IMG/VR virus record: IMGVR_UViG_3300009420_000006
Span: 15,734-79,733 of that record
DNA from: a virus
Lineage: Duplodnaviria > Caudoviricetes
Strand: one strand, 5' to 3'
DNA: 64,000 nucleotides
Positions within the stretch are counted from its first letter, which is position 1. Every line of letters begins with the position of its first letter. Both the position numbers and the translations under genes were made by a program. Of this stretch, positions 27,782 through 36,965 are shown in pieces. Below the pieces are notes generated by a model. That model searched no databases and had not been told where the DNA came from. It was given only the letters and a program-made list of their open reading frames with translations.

Positions 27782-28644
27782 AAATAATAAATCTAAAAAT
27801 AACAGCCGCTAGTCCTAACATAGGACCTTTTAAGATCACAGATGACCTAGGAAATATCTTAGGAGATAATGTATCATTAAGTTCTTTAGTACAGGGTATA
27901 GCCTACTCAGTAGAAAATGAAGTTAGTGTTGTAACATTAGAGTCATCTGGTGATTGTAATTTTAAAAAACAATTTACAGTTGATAATCAAGTTAGTAATG
28001 AAGAATATATAGATGCTACATTTAGACCTCTTAGAACAGGATGTTTGTGGACACATTTAAGAAATGATACTTTATACAATTACTACTATGGAGATATTGC
28101 TCCTTATATTATTGAGTATCCTTTTGCATATAAATATAATGATCAGATCCTTCAAAATATAAGAGATTACAGTAAGGTGTATACATATATCCCTTCTACT
28201 TTAGGAGAGTTTGATTCTAATAGTAAGATACAAACAGATGATAAATACTTTAATAAAGCTGTATTATATAATGGACAACAGTCTACAGGTATATTAGAAC
28301 TTGTTCCTAAACCAATGAATAATTTAAGTTCATATCTACAGTATCCAATATTAAATACTGACAGTAAAACTATTACTTTTTCAAAGACAGATAGTTTCTA
28401 TCAATATAATACTTTCTGGGCACTACAAAAAAATGATCAAGTGCCTTTATTTAAAACATCCTGTGAATCTAAATCAATAGACAAGGTTGTTAATCAGGAC
28501 AATATGAACTATGGTGACCTATCTTTTAAGAAGTCACAACTAAGAGCTAAGAACGTTAAGGTGAGACATATACTAGATAATACTTCGACTTCACATATTG
28601 TAAGTCAGTTTATTGTAGCACCAGCACAAATATCATATCATTAA
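27778..28644 (+). CDS. 'GPF' module fused to a probable muzzle C-terminal fragment
   Basis: An ATGA overlap places the start at 27778 (MKIINLKITAASPNIGPF). It continues LWTH..YNYYYG..PYIIE, FNKAVLYN..QSTG.L.L and LRAK. Confidence 0.65.
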   Translation: MKIINLKITAASPNIGPFKITDDLGNILGDNVSLSSLVQGIAYSVENEVSVVTLESSGDCNFKKQFTVDNQVSNEEYIDATFRPLRTGCLWTHLRNDTLYNYYYGDIAPYIIEYPFAYKYNDQILQNIRDYSKVYTYIPSTLGEFDSNSKIQTDDKYFNKAVLYNGQQSTGILELVPKPMNNLSSYLQYPILNTDSKTITFSKTDSFYQYNTFWALQKNDQVPLFKTSCESKSIDKVVNQDNMNYGDLSFKKSQLRAKNVKVRHILDNTSTSHIVSQFIVAPAQISYH

Positions 28645-31600
28645 TGGCACTAACACCAGGTAAAGCAAAAAAGATGTTAAGCGATGGAACTGTCCATGGT
28701 CAATCTCTGTCTAATAAACAGAAGAGATACTTCGGTGCTATAGCTGGAGGGGCAACACCTATGAAAGCAATCAATGGTGGTTGGTTAGATAAGTTTGAAG
28801 ATGGAGGTTCATTACCTAAAGCCCAAGATGGCTGGTTCAATGATGGAGAAGAAAAAGAAGAAGAGCTAATACCAAATTTAACAGATGAGCAAAAAAGAAT
28901 AAAAGAATATAATATTAATTATTATGAATCTGACAAATTTAAGACAAGATTAAAGAATATGCATGAGGATTATCCTAGTACCTTTTATCTAGATAAAACA
29001 AAAAAAGAAAGGGATAATTTACTAGAAACTAATCCACGCAAATCAGGAGTGCTTGATAGGATGGTTTCTAATATGGAAAATAACACCGGCTATTATAAAC
29101 CTTTAGATGTAGACAGTGTGAGTAAACGTGCTCTAAAGAAATTGAAAACGTCAAACAGTGTTAGTTACAATAATGAAGACGATAGTCATGCAGGTTTGCC
29201 CATAAATCTTAATAGTACAGAGAAAGGAATGACAGGTCAGATAAAACCTAAACTATTTAATCTTGATGAAGTTTTTAGTCATGAATTAGTACACAATGTA
29301 CCGGTTCCTTATACTGATGTATTTAACGATACTGTATCCTCTAAAATGACAGGAGCTTTAGACTGGCATGATAAAGAAGTTGAAGAGACTAGGGCGGATG
29401 TTGGTGGATTACGATACATCTTAAATAAAGCAGGAATTAATGATGCATCAAAAGAAGATTTTAATATTAAAGATTTAAAGCAAGCATCTGAAAAACTTAA
29501 AGATAGTGATTTATTTAATAGGCTTAGAACTATATATTCAAATGACAAGGATTTTATATGGATAATGAATAACATAGCTTCTACAGATAATTTAGATAGT
29601 CAAACATCTAACATATCAATGGCTGAAGATGGTACAGAAATACCTAAAGCTCAAACTGGTGACAAGTATACAATAGTACCAGAAGATGGTATAGAGTTAG
29701 ATGAGGTTGTTATAACTGGAAAGTCAAACAAGAGAAAAAAGAAAGATAAAATAAGAGAGGAGTTATTTAAGGATATGCCTGATTTTATGAAGTATGGCGA
29801 TGATGATTATACTCTTTCAGCTGAACAACAGCAACAACTTGATGATCTAGGTATTACAGACTTGGATAGTTACAATGAATATTTTGGAACATCTTATGAT
29901 AGAGAGAATGCAGGAAATGAGTTTAATTATCTAAACTCTTATAAGCCTGAACGTGAAGAGTTGATTAGTAGTATTCATAGTGCTACTAATGCAGCAGCAA
30001 AAAATATAATTACAGCTGCATCATTTATACCTAGTCCAATAAGTGGTGCTAGTTTATTGTCTAAAACACCACAAGCATATCGAGCTCTTGCTGGTCCTCT
30101 TAGACAAGCTTATAAATATACTGCTAATAGTCCTGTTGGAAAAGCTGCTTATAAGTATATAGGAAAACCTTTTAGAAAGGCACTGGACTATAAACCAGGA
30201 GGTGGACCATTTAGTGTAGGGAACTATGCTGATATGGGTAGTGTAGGGTATGGTGCTTATAACATTGCTCCAGATGTAAAAGAATTATATAACAATCCTA
30301 GTTGGTCTAATGCAGGAAGTGTAGGTATAGATGCTTTAGGATTTACTCCTTTCTTAAATAAAAAGTTTACTGGGCCTCTTAAGAATACATTGCTTCCAAA
30401 CTTCTCAGATGATGTAGCAAACCTTAAAAATGCTATAACCGGTCCATTGAATAAAATTACCAATCCTTTGTCAGACTTTAGAGTAAACCTCGGAAAAGGG
30501 ATAGAAAGATTTAAAACTCAAGGTAATGTTAATGCTAGGCCATTCTGGAAAGGGTTTAATGAGAACCCTGTTCCATCGGCTGCTAAATTTGACAAAGATT
30601 GGGTAAGTGCTCCAGGATTTGATCAAAGATATGACAAGTTTGTATATCGTCATCAAGACCCTAGATTATTGGATTTGCAAAAAAGTAATGATCGGCTATA
30701 TAATTCAGGTATGGATCTGCTAAGACAAAAACAACCTGACTTATTTGCACAAGGTCCTAGCACCTACGGATCACAGTTGACTATGCCTCTTTCACAAATC
30801 TCTAAAATGTTTCCAAGACTTAAACTTGATGCTGATATGTTGATGGGTATTAAGCGACAAAATGCAGGTATTCTTAATACATTAGATGCAGCCAAGAATG
30901 CTAGTATGAACTTAGATCAAATAGCGGCAACAGGAAAGTTTACTAAAGTGTTTAATACTAATTCCCTTAGTCCAGATGATTTAAAGTATTTTGAAGAAAA
31001 CTCTAACGTTCTAGGATTCTTTAGAAATTCAGAGAATAGAGCAATTATAAACGAAGATCAACTAAGAGCATACTATGGAAACAATCCAAGTAAATTGAGT
31101 GCCTATATGAGATCTGTTCTAAATCATGAGAATTCTCATGCACTAGATGCTGGTGCAAGAGCTACTAAACCTCTATATAATAATACTACTAGGGCAGTTA
31201 TTCCTGAAATAGTTGATGATGGTAAGAATGTTTTAACAGGAGTAACTCAGAAAAATATTGAGGAAGTGTGGCCAGGTTTCAAAAATCTATCAAAAAAACG
31301 ACAAGAAAAACTTGCATATCTATCTGAACCAACAGAAGTTGTAGCAAGAATTAAAGAGTTAAGAAGCCAATTCATTCCTAAAAAGTTTGTAGGAACTGAT
31401 AAGCAGTATGAAATGTCTGACGATTTAATAAAGAAAATAATGTCAGAAGGAAAGAAAGGTAACACTTCAGTAGATGCAACCTTCTTTAGACTGATAAAAG
31501 ATAAAGAGGCATTTAAGAACCTGTTTAAAGTTCTTCCTGCTGTAGCAGCACCCATTGCTATTGGTGCAGGTCAACAAAGAAATGGTGGTAGTATACCTAA

Positions 31601-33236
31601 AGCTCAAATTGGTGACAAGGTAGCAGCTATAGCAAGTTCTATGGAAGCTAATGAAGAAGATGGAGGAAGACCGCCTGCAAGTTTTAATAGTATAGAAAGT
31701 ATTGGGGGTTTCAAAAGATATATGCAAGATGCTTTTAACTCAAGTATGGATGAAGAAGGTTTGTGTAGAGATAACACATGTGTTCAAACAGTAAAAGATT
31801 TTTATAGTAAAGCTGGTGTAAAGGCTATGCCTGACGATGTTTATAACAATAGAGAGTTTTTAAAGAACTTTAAAGAGTATGGGTTTGAAGAAATATTAGA
31901 TCAGAAAAATCTTCAACCAGGAGATCTATTACAATACTACTATGGTGAAGATAGTGAAGGCATAGATGTAAATCAGGACCTTTTAAACTTTCCATATCAC
32001 ATGGGCGTTTATGTAAACCCTGGAGAGTACATTGGAGATGGTGATAGTGAAGCTCCTATTCAAAGACAAAGTATGTATACAGGTACTAAGGATGGAAAAG
32101 AATACAAGAAGGATCCTTTCAGAGCATTTAGATATACTAAACAAAACAAAAATGGTGGATGGTTATCTAAGTATGAGAACGGTGGTGTGATAGAAGATGA
32201 CAGAGGGCAATGGGCACACCCAGGAAAAATAACTAAAATCAACTCCAACAAAATAACAATGAAGGGTGTTAACTACCCTGTACTTGGAATATCTGATACT
32301 GGTGACAAGAAGATGATGCAACCAGGAAAAGATTACAAGTTTGATGGTAAATCTGTAACAGAGTATCCTATGGCACAGGATGGACTTAAACTTAAAAAAG
32401 CAACACCAAGCTTTCCATATATAAACAGAGTGCCTGACGTTTCACCTCAAGTAGAGTTTTTAAAGAACTGGACAAATTCTCCAAGAGGTCAAGAACTATT
32501 AAGTAATAGTTTTGATGGAGATGAAAAAGATATAGAGAGAGTAACTTCTAAAAGAATAAATAATTTAGATAATGTTGATGTTAGTATGGATGACAATGCT
32601 GACGATTTCCTAGGTAGATATAATCCTAGTAGGCATGACATTAAATTAAACTCTAGTCTTCTAGATACATCAGAACCTAAACAAGTAGGTAATCAAGATG
32701 AAGATGTAATAATTCATGAACTCTCACACGCTCAAGACTTTTCACCAGGTGCTGAGTTTAACAGATTAACTATGCCATTTAGTGATCAAAAGCTCATTAA
32801 AGACTATAGAAAGAAAACTCTTAAAGAGACAAAGAATTTAGATGTGGAGAGAAAGTTTAAGAAAGATCTTAAAAAAAGAATTAACTATATAGGTGATCCA
32901 ACAGAAACTAGAGCAAGACTTAATTCTATTAGATATTTCTATGAAACTAGTCCAATTGGAAAAGAGGAAGGAATGCCTAGTATATTGGATTCAGAGGTAA
33001 CTCCTGAGATGATGGAAGTAATGAAAGACAATGCTCAGTTTAAAGAATTAAGAGAAGTATATGATGATGATCAGATACTAGAACTCCTAAATACAATATC
33101 GGATAATAGTAAATCTTCTGGTAAATCTAATATGAGATATGCAAAACAGGGAAGATCCTTGGAGAAGAAGGCTCAATTTACTAACTTTACAAATTATAAC
33201 ACCCCAAAACCAGGAGGCTGGTTAGACAAATACTAA
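28644..33236 (+). CDS. Cargo polyprotein with three zincin-like domains and an NlpC/P60-like domain
   Basis: HELVH, HENSH and HELSH, each followed by an E..RA/AR motif; TCVQTV...LQPGDLL...HMGVY; repeated KAQxG linkers. Confidence 0.7.
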   Translation: MALTPGKAKKMLSDGTVHGQSLSNKQKRYFGAIAGGATPMKAINGGWLDKFEDGGSLPKAQDGWFNDGEEKEEELIPNLTDEQKRIKEYNINYYESDKFKTRLKNMHEDYPSTFYLDKTKKERDNLLETNPRKSGVLDRMVSNMENNTGYYKPLDVDSVSKRALKKLKTSNSVSYNNEDDSHAGLPINLNSTEKGMTGQIKPKLFNLDEVFSHELVHNVPVPYTDVFNDTVSSKMTGALDWHDKEVEETRADVGGLRYILNKAGINDASKEDFNIKDLKQASEKLKDSDLFNRLRTIYSNDKDFIWIMNNIASTDNLDSQTSNISMAEDGTEIPKAQTGDKYTIVPEDGIELDEVVITGKSNKRKKKDKIREELFKDMPDFMKYGDDDYTLSAEQQQQLDDLGITDLDSYNEYFGTSYDRENAGNEFNYLNSYKPEREELISSIHSATNAAAKNIITAASFIPSPISGASLLSKTPQAYRALAGPLRQAYKYTANSPVGKAAYKYIGKPFRKALDYKPGGGPFSVGNYADMGSVGYGAYNIAPDVKELYNNPSWSNAGSVGIDALGFTPFLNKKFTGPLKNTLLPNFSDDVANLKNAITGPLNKITNPLSDFRVNLGKGIERFKTQGNVNARPFWKGFNENPVPSAAKFDKDWVSAPGFDQRYDKFVYRHQDPRLLDLQKSNDRLYNSGMDLLRQKQPDLFAQGPSTYGSQLTMPLSQISKMFPRLKLDADMLMGIKRQNAGILNTLDAAKNASMNLDQIAATGKFTKVFNTNSLSPDDLKYFEENSNVLGFFRNSENRAIINEDQLRAYYGNNPSKLSAYMRSVLNHENSHALDAGARATKPLYNNTTRAVIPEIVDDGKNVLTGVTQKNIEEVWPGFKNLSKKRQEKLAYLSEPTEVVARIKELRSQFIPKKFVGTDKQYEMSDDLIKKIMSEGKKGNTSVDATFFRLIKDKEAFKNLFKVLPAVAAPIAIGAGQQRNGGSIPKAQIGDKVAAIASSMEANEEDGGRPPASFNSIESIGGFKRYMQDAFNSSMDEEGLCRDNTCVQTVKDFYSKAGVKAMPDDVYNNREFLKNFKEYGFEEILDQKNLQPGDLLQYYYGEDSEGIDVNQDLLNFPYHMGVYVNPGEYIGDGDSEAPIQRQSMYTGTKDGKEYKKDPFRAFRYTKQNKNGGWLSKYENGGVIEDDRGQWAHPGKITKINSNKITMKGVNYPVLGISDTGDKKMMQPGKDYKFDGKSVTEYPMAQDGLKLKKATPSFPYINRVPDVSPQVEFLKNWTNSPRGQELLSNSFDGDEKDIERVTSKRINNLDNVDVSMDDNADDFLGRYNPSRHDIKLNSSLLDTSEPKQVGNQDEDVIIHELSHAQDFSPGAEFNRLTMPFSDQKLIKDYRKKTLKETKNLDVERKFKKDLKKRINYIGDPTETRARLNSIRYFYETSPIGKEEGMPSILDSEVTPEMMEVMKDNAQFKELREVYDDDQILELLNTISDNSKSSGKSNMRYAKQGRSLEKKAQFTNFTNYNTPKPGGWLDKY

Positions 33237-33240
33237 TGAT

Positions 33241-36200
33241 ATGAAAGCTCAAATATTAAAAATAGCAGGCGTTAAGTCTGAAAAAGAATTCTACAAGAAG
33301 TTTCCTACAGAAGAAGCTTTTATGAAGAAGCATGGGAAAGAAATGAATAAGCTTGAGAAAGCTCAGAGGGGTAAGAATGTAGATCCTATTTTATTTGAAG
33401 ATATAGAAAAAGAAGCTCTTTCACAGTTTGAACCAATTAAGGATCAAGCAATGAACTATGGTATAGACTCTCTTACAACTGATGATGAAAAAGAAGCTGC
33501 ATATATGAATCAGTTAAAACAAGCTGCATTATTAAAAGATATTGAAGGAGGATCATCAGGAATGAGCTTTGGTGATATTGGAGGTATGATAAAAGGTGTT
33601 AGTGGAATGTTTGGTGGTGGTGCAGAAGGTGCTGGTGGTGGTGAAGGTATGGGTGAAGGTGCGAGTGAGATGATGAGTGGAATGGGTGGTATGATGAAAA
33701 AAGGTGGTAAGGTTGAAAAGTTTACACCTCATATGATGTATGACCCTAAGACTAAGAAGGGTAAGAAAGCTAAAACATTAAAGGAGCACTTAGCTCTTAA
33801 GAAAAAAGGTTGGGGTCATGATACACCTAAAGCTCAATTTGACGGAAGTTACTTTGAGGACCAAGGTATAACTGTACCTGAGCAATCTCAATATGGTAAT
33901 GCTGATGGAGCTGGTATGTTCGGAAAATCATTTAGTACAGGACAATACAATGAAGATGGAAGTGCTATGAACTTTGGTCAAAAAATAGGAGACTTTGTGC
34001 AAAATGACTTAGGTGCAATAATGCAAAGTCCTATCACGAAAGATATCATGCAGGGTCTAGGTAAGATAAAAGGTCAGAAAGATGCTTTAAAAGATTTAAG
34101 GCAAATGGAAGCAGTTACTGATATAGCACTTACTGCTGCTATGAGTGAGCCAGAAAAAGTAGAAAGAGATTATGTTCGCCCAGAAGATTTTGTAAATACA
34201 GGAGAAGAGTTCTTTCCAGTATATGGTGTAGGTACAAACGTACTTGCAAAGAACGGAGCTACACTATTTAACAATCCAGACTATGCACCAATACGTAATG
34301 TAAATAAAGCTAAAACTTTTATGCATGGAGGTTATTTACCTCAAGCACAGGATGGGGGAATTGGTGGTAGTAATGTTTCATATGATCAAGCCGGTAATTT
34401 TCTTGGAAACCTGGCATACGGAAATAAATCTCAGAGAGATGCAGGAAGTAACATAGGTGGAGGAGTTGGAAGAGGTATAGGTACACTTGTTGGTGGACCA
34501 CTTGGTGGTGCTATTGGTGATTTTATTGGAAGTGGTATTGGAGATCTAGTAGATAGAAATGATAGAAGACAAAGAATAACAAGAGAAAATATTGATTCTA
34601 ATGTTAAAGACATGACTTATATGCAAGTAGGTCCTCAGATCCAGGCAGGTTATGCATCTCATGTGAGAAAAGGTGGAAGAGTTCCTAGTCCTAATAATGA
34701 CTATGGTATGATAGGAGCACCAGGTCCACAAGTATTAAAATCTTTTGATGGTAAGAACTTAAACAACATGTTGCAAAAAGCTTCTAGAATGCCAGATACA
34801 CTTAAACAAGGTGGTTCTGTTTCTGGTAATGGAAATATTAAAACTCTATGGGGTGGAGATGTAAATGCTGTATCATATAATCCTTATGCTGGAGGTCAGA
34901 GTATGTACTTCTCTGGAAACTCTCATGACTATAGAGATCCTGAAACAGGAGAGACTGGTATTGGTGTAGCTTATGGACCTCAGTCTGTAGCTAATAATGA
35001 AGCTGTAGTAGAAGTTGAGAATGAACCAGCACAGATATTAGAAGAGAACGGAAAAGAAAATCTAGTTATATATGGAGATTTAAAAATACCAAAAGGTTAT
35101 GCAAGTGAGATTGGTGATGAGAAAGCTGGAGGTCAGAAGTTTAAAAACTATGTAAATAATCTTAATGATGAAGAAGCAAAAATTAATAAACAAATGGGAA
35201 CAGCTGTAGATAATGCTGCTGATATTGATAATACTAAATGGGGAGAACTTTTAAGATCTACCTCAGATGCTATTATTAATGGTGGTGATATGAAACTAAA
35301 AAATATTGCTAATAAGAAAAAAATATTATCTGATCTTCAGACTGCATTGAATGACACGTTTGAAGAGAATGGTATAGAGGGTAATAAGTTTATAACTAAG
35401 GGAGTACTTGAAGATATTAAAGATACAGAGGACTATGCTAAGAATGGTAAGAAAGAAACATATACTAAATATGCTAAGGGTGGTAGAAAGATACCTAAAG
35501 CTCAAAATGACGGTAGCCTAGGTCCAGATGAAGGTCTTACTTTAAATGAGTTACCTTTTAAATCAGCTGAAGAAGCAATCGCTGCTGGTTATACTTTAGA
35601 CGAAGATAAAAACTCAGAAAACTTTGGTAAATATTATATAGATGAGGAGTCATCAGACATGGAGACAAACACTGAAGTTAGCTTTAGGGAAGATATTCCT
35701 GAAGGTCAAAAGTTTGGAGGTTCCGATATAGGAAAAATGGTTAATAAAGAAATAACTTCTGAAGAATATAATAAGTGGAAAAAGGATAACAAATGGTTTT
35801 TTGATAAGAACCCTGATTGGAAAGCTGATACAAAAGAAGATGTAAAGTTATTCCAAAGAGAATTTAATAAGGTAAATCCTAATAATCTGCCATCTATTAA
35901 AGTTGATGGATTATTTGGTGATCAAACAATATCAGCTAGATTTAAAAGTGAAGATAGTGAGACACCTAAAACAGAAAGACGTTACAGAGATGTTGAGGTA
36001 GGAGAAGAAGAAATTACTACTGAAGAAACTACTACTGTTAAAGGTAAAATACCATTTGATCCAAACTTACTTAGACCTCTATTTGATAGAGATGTAAAAA
36101 ATGATTTAGACTATAATCAAATATTACCAGAGATAAATGCAGCTGCAAACAATCAACTTGATCCTGTATATGCACAATCCTTTCAACCTAGGTTGAGAGT

Positions 36201-36885
36201 ACCTTATGATATTAGCATGCAAGATGAAATGAATGCTATTACTTCAGCTACACGAGCAGCTACACAAAACCCAATAGTTCAAAGTAACCCTGCACTACTA
36301 GCAGCAATGCAAGCTCCACAATATGAAGCTATTAATCAAGTTAAGGCAAAGCAATTTAGAGCTAATCAGCAAATGAAAGATACAGTATATTCTGGTAATC
36401 TTGAAACACTTAATCAAGCAAGAATGACTAATCTGGGTATTTATGATCAACAACAAACAAGACAAACTCAAGCTGTAGCTAATACAAAAGCAACACAACA
36501 AGAGATTGTTAAGTCTATATCTGATAAGTATCAAAGAAACAAACTAGAAAATAGAACAGAGAAAGTTCTTAGTAACCTATTTCCTAATTATAACTTTAGT
36601 GATAGTTTGGATTTAAACAACCAAGGATCAACTAACTTTTCTATACCTAATATATTAGGAGGACAGGCTGGTAATACAGGAAATGGCTTAAGTAGTATTC
36701 TTAATGTTGTTGGACTGCAAGGATTACAACAGTTAATGCAAACTCCTGGTTTTAATCCAGACCCAAATCAAACTACCACTGATACTACAACAGCACGACA
36801 TGGAGCTAAGCTCACACCGATAAAAAGAAAAGTAAAAAAGAATCAGAGAAATAGTAATATTCTAAGAGAATATAAAAATCTATAA
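33241..36885 (+). CDS. Cargo/ejection protein with a glycine zipper and a peptidoglycan-binding-like motif
   Basis: GGGVGRGIGTLVGGPLGGAIGDFIGSGIG zipper, VKLFQ...VDGLFGDQT motif, KAQxG repeats and a Gln/Asn-rich helical C-part. Confidence 0.65.
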   Translation: MKAQILKIAGVKSEKEFYKKFPTEEAFMKKHGKEMNKLEKAQRGKNVDPILFEDIEKEALSQFEPIKDQAMNYGIDSLTTDDEKEAAYMNQLKQAALLKDIEGGSSGMSFGDIGGMIKGVSGMFGGGAEGAGGGEGMGEGASEMMSGMGGMMKKGGKVEKFTPHMMYDPKTKKGKKAKTLKEHLALKKKGWGHDTPKAQFDGSYFEDQGITVPEQSQYGNADGAGMFGKSFSTGQYNEDGSAMNFGQKIGDFVQNDLGAIMQSPITKDIMQGLGKIKGQKDALKDLRQMEAVTDIALTAAMSEPEKVERDYVRPEDFVNTGEEFFPVYGVGTNVLAKNGATLFNNPDYAPIRNVNKAKTFMHGGYLPQAQDGGIGGSNVSYDQAGNFLGNLAYGNKSQRDAGSNIGGGVGRGIGTLVGGPLGGAIGDFIGSGIGDLVDRNDRRQRITRENIDSNVKDMTYMQVGPQIQAGYASHVRKGGRVPSPNNDYGMIGAPGPQVLKSFDGKNLNNMLQKASRMPDTLKQGGSVSGNGNIKTLWGGDVNAVSYNPYAGGQSMYFSGNSHDYRDPETGETGIGVAYGPQSVANNEAVVEVENEPAQILEENGKENLVIYGDLKIPKGYASEIGDEKAGGQKFKNYVNNLNDEEAKINKQMGTAVDNAADIDNTKWGELLRSTSDAIINGGDMKLKNIANKKKILSDLQTALNDTFEENGIEGNKFITKGVLEDIKDTEDYAKNGKKETYTKYAKGGRKIPKAQNDGSLGPDEGLTLNELPFKSAEEAIAAGYTLDEDKNSENFGKYYIDEESSDMETNTEVSFREDIPEGQKFGGSDIGKMVNKEITSEEYNKWKKDNKWFFDKNPDWKADTKEDVKLFQREFNKVNPNNLPSIKVDGLFGDQTISARFKSEDSETPKTERRYRDVEVGEEEITTEETTTVKGKIPFDPNLLRPLFDRDVKNDLDYNQILPEINAAANNQLDPVYAQSFQPRLRVPYDISMQDEMNAITSATRAATQNPIVQSNPALLAAMQAPQYEAINQVKAKQFRANQQMKDTVYSGNLETLNQARMTNLGIYDQQQTRQTQAVANTKATQQEIVKSISDKYQRNKLENRTEKVLSNLFPNYNFSDSLDLNNQGSTNFSIPNILGGQAGNTGNGLSSILNVVGLQGLQQLMQTPGFNPDPNQTTTDTTTARHGAKLTPIKRKVKKNQRNSNILREYKNL

Positions 36886-36958
36886 CAAATCTGATGAGAA
36901 AGAATTACCAGAATAGGTTATCCTATCTTGGAAAGTTCTATAAATAATAATACATTTG
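36883..36958 (+). promoter_or_regulatory. Bacteroidota-type promoter upstream of the RNAP-containing block
   Basis: TTG (36928-36930), 20 nt, then a perfect TAnnTTTG (TACATTTG, 36951-36958), with degenerate TAAC/GTTA boxes upstream. Confidence 0.6.
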
Positions 36959-36965
36959 TTAAATT

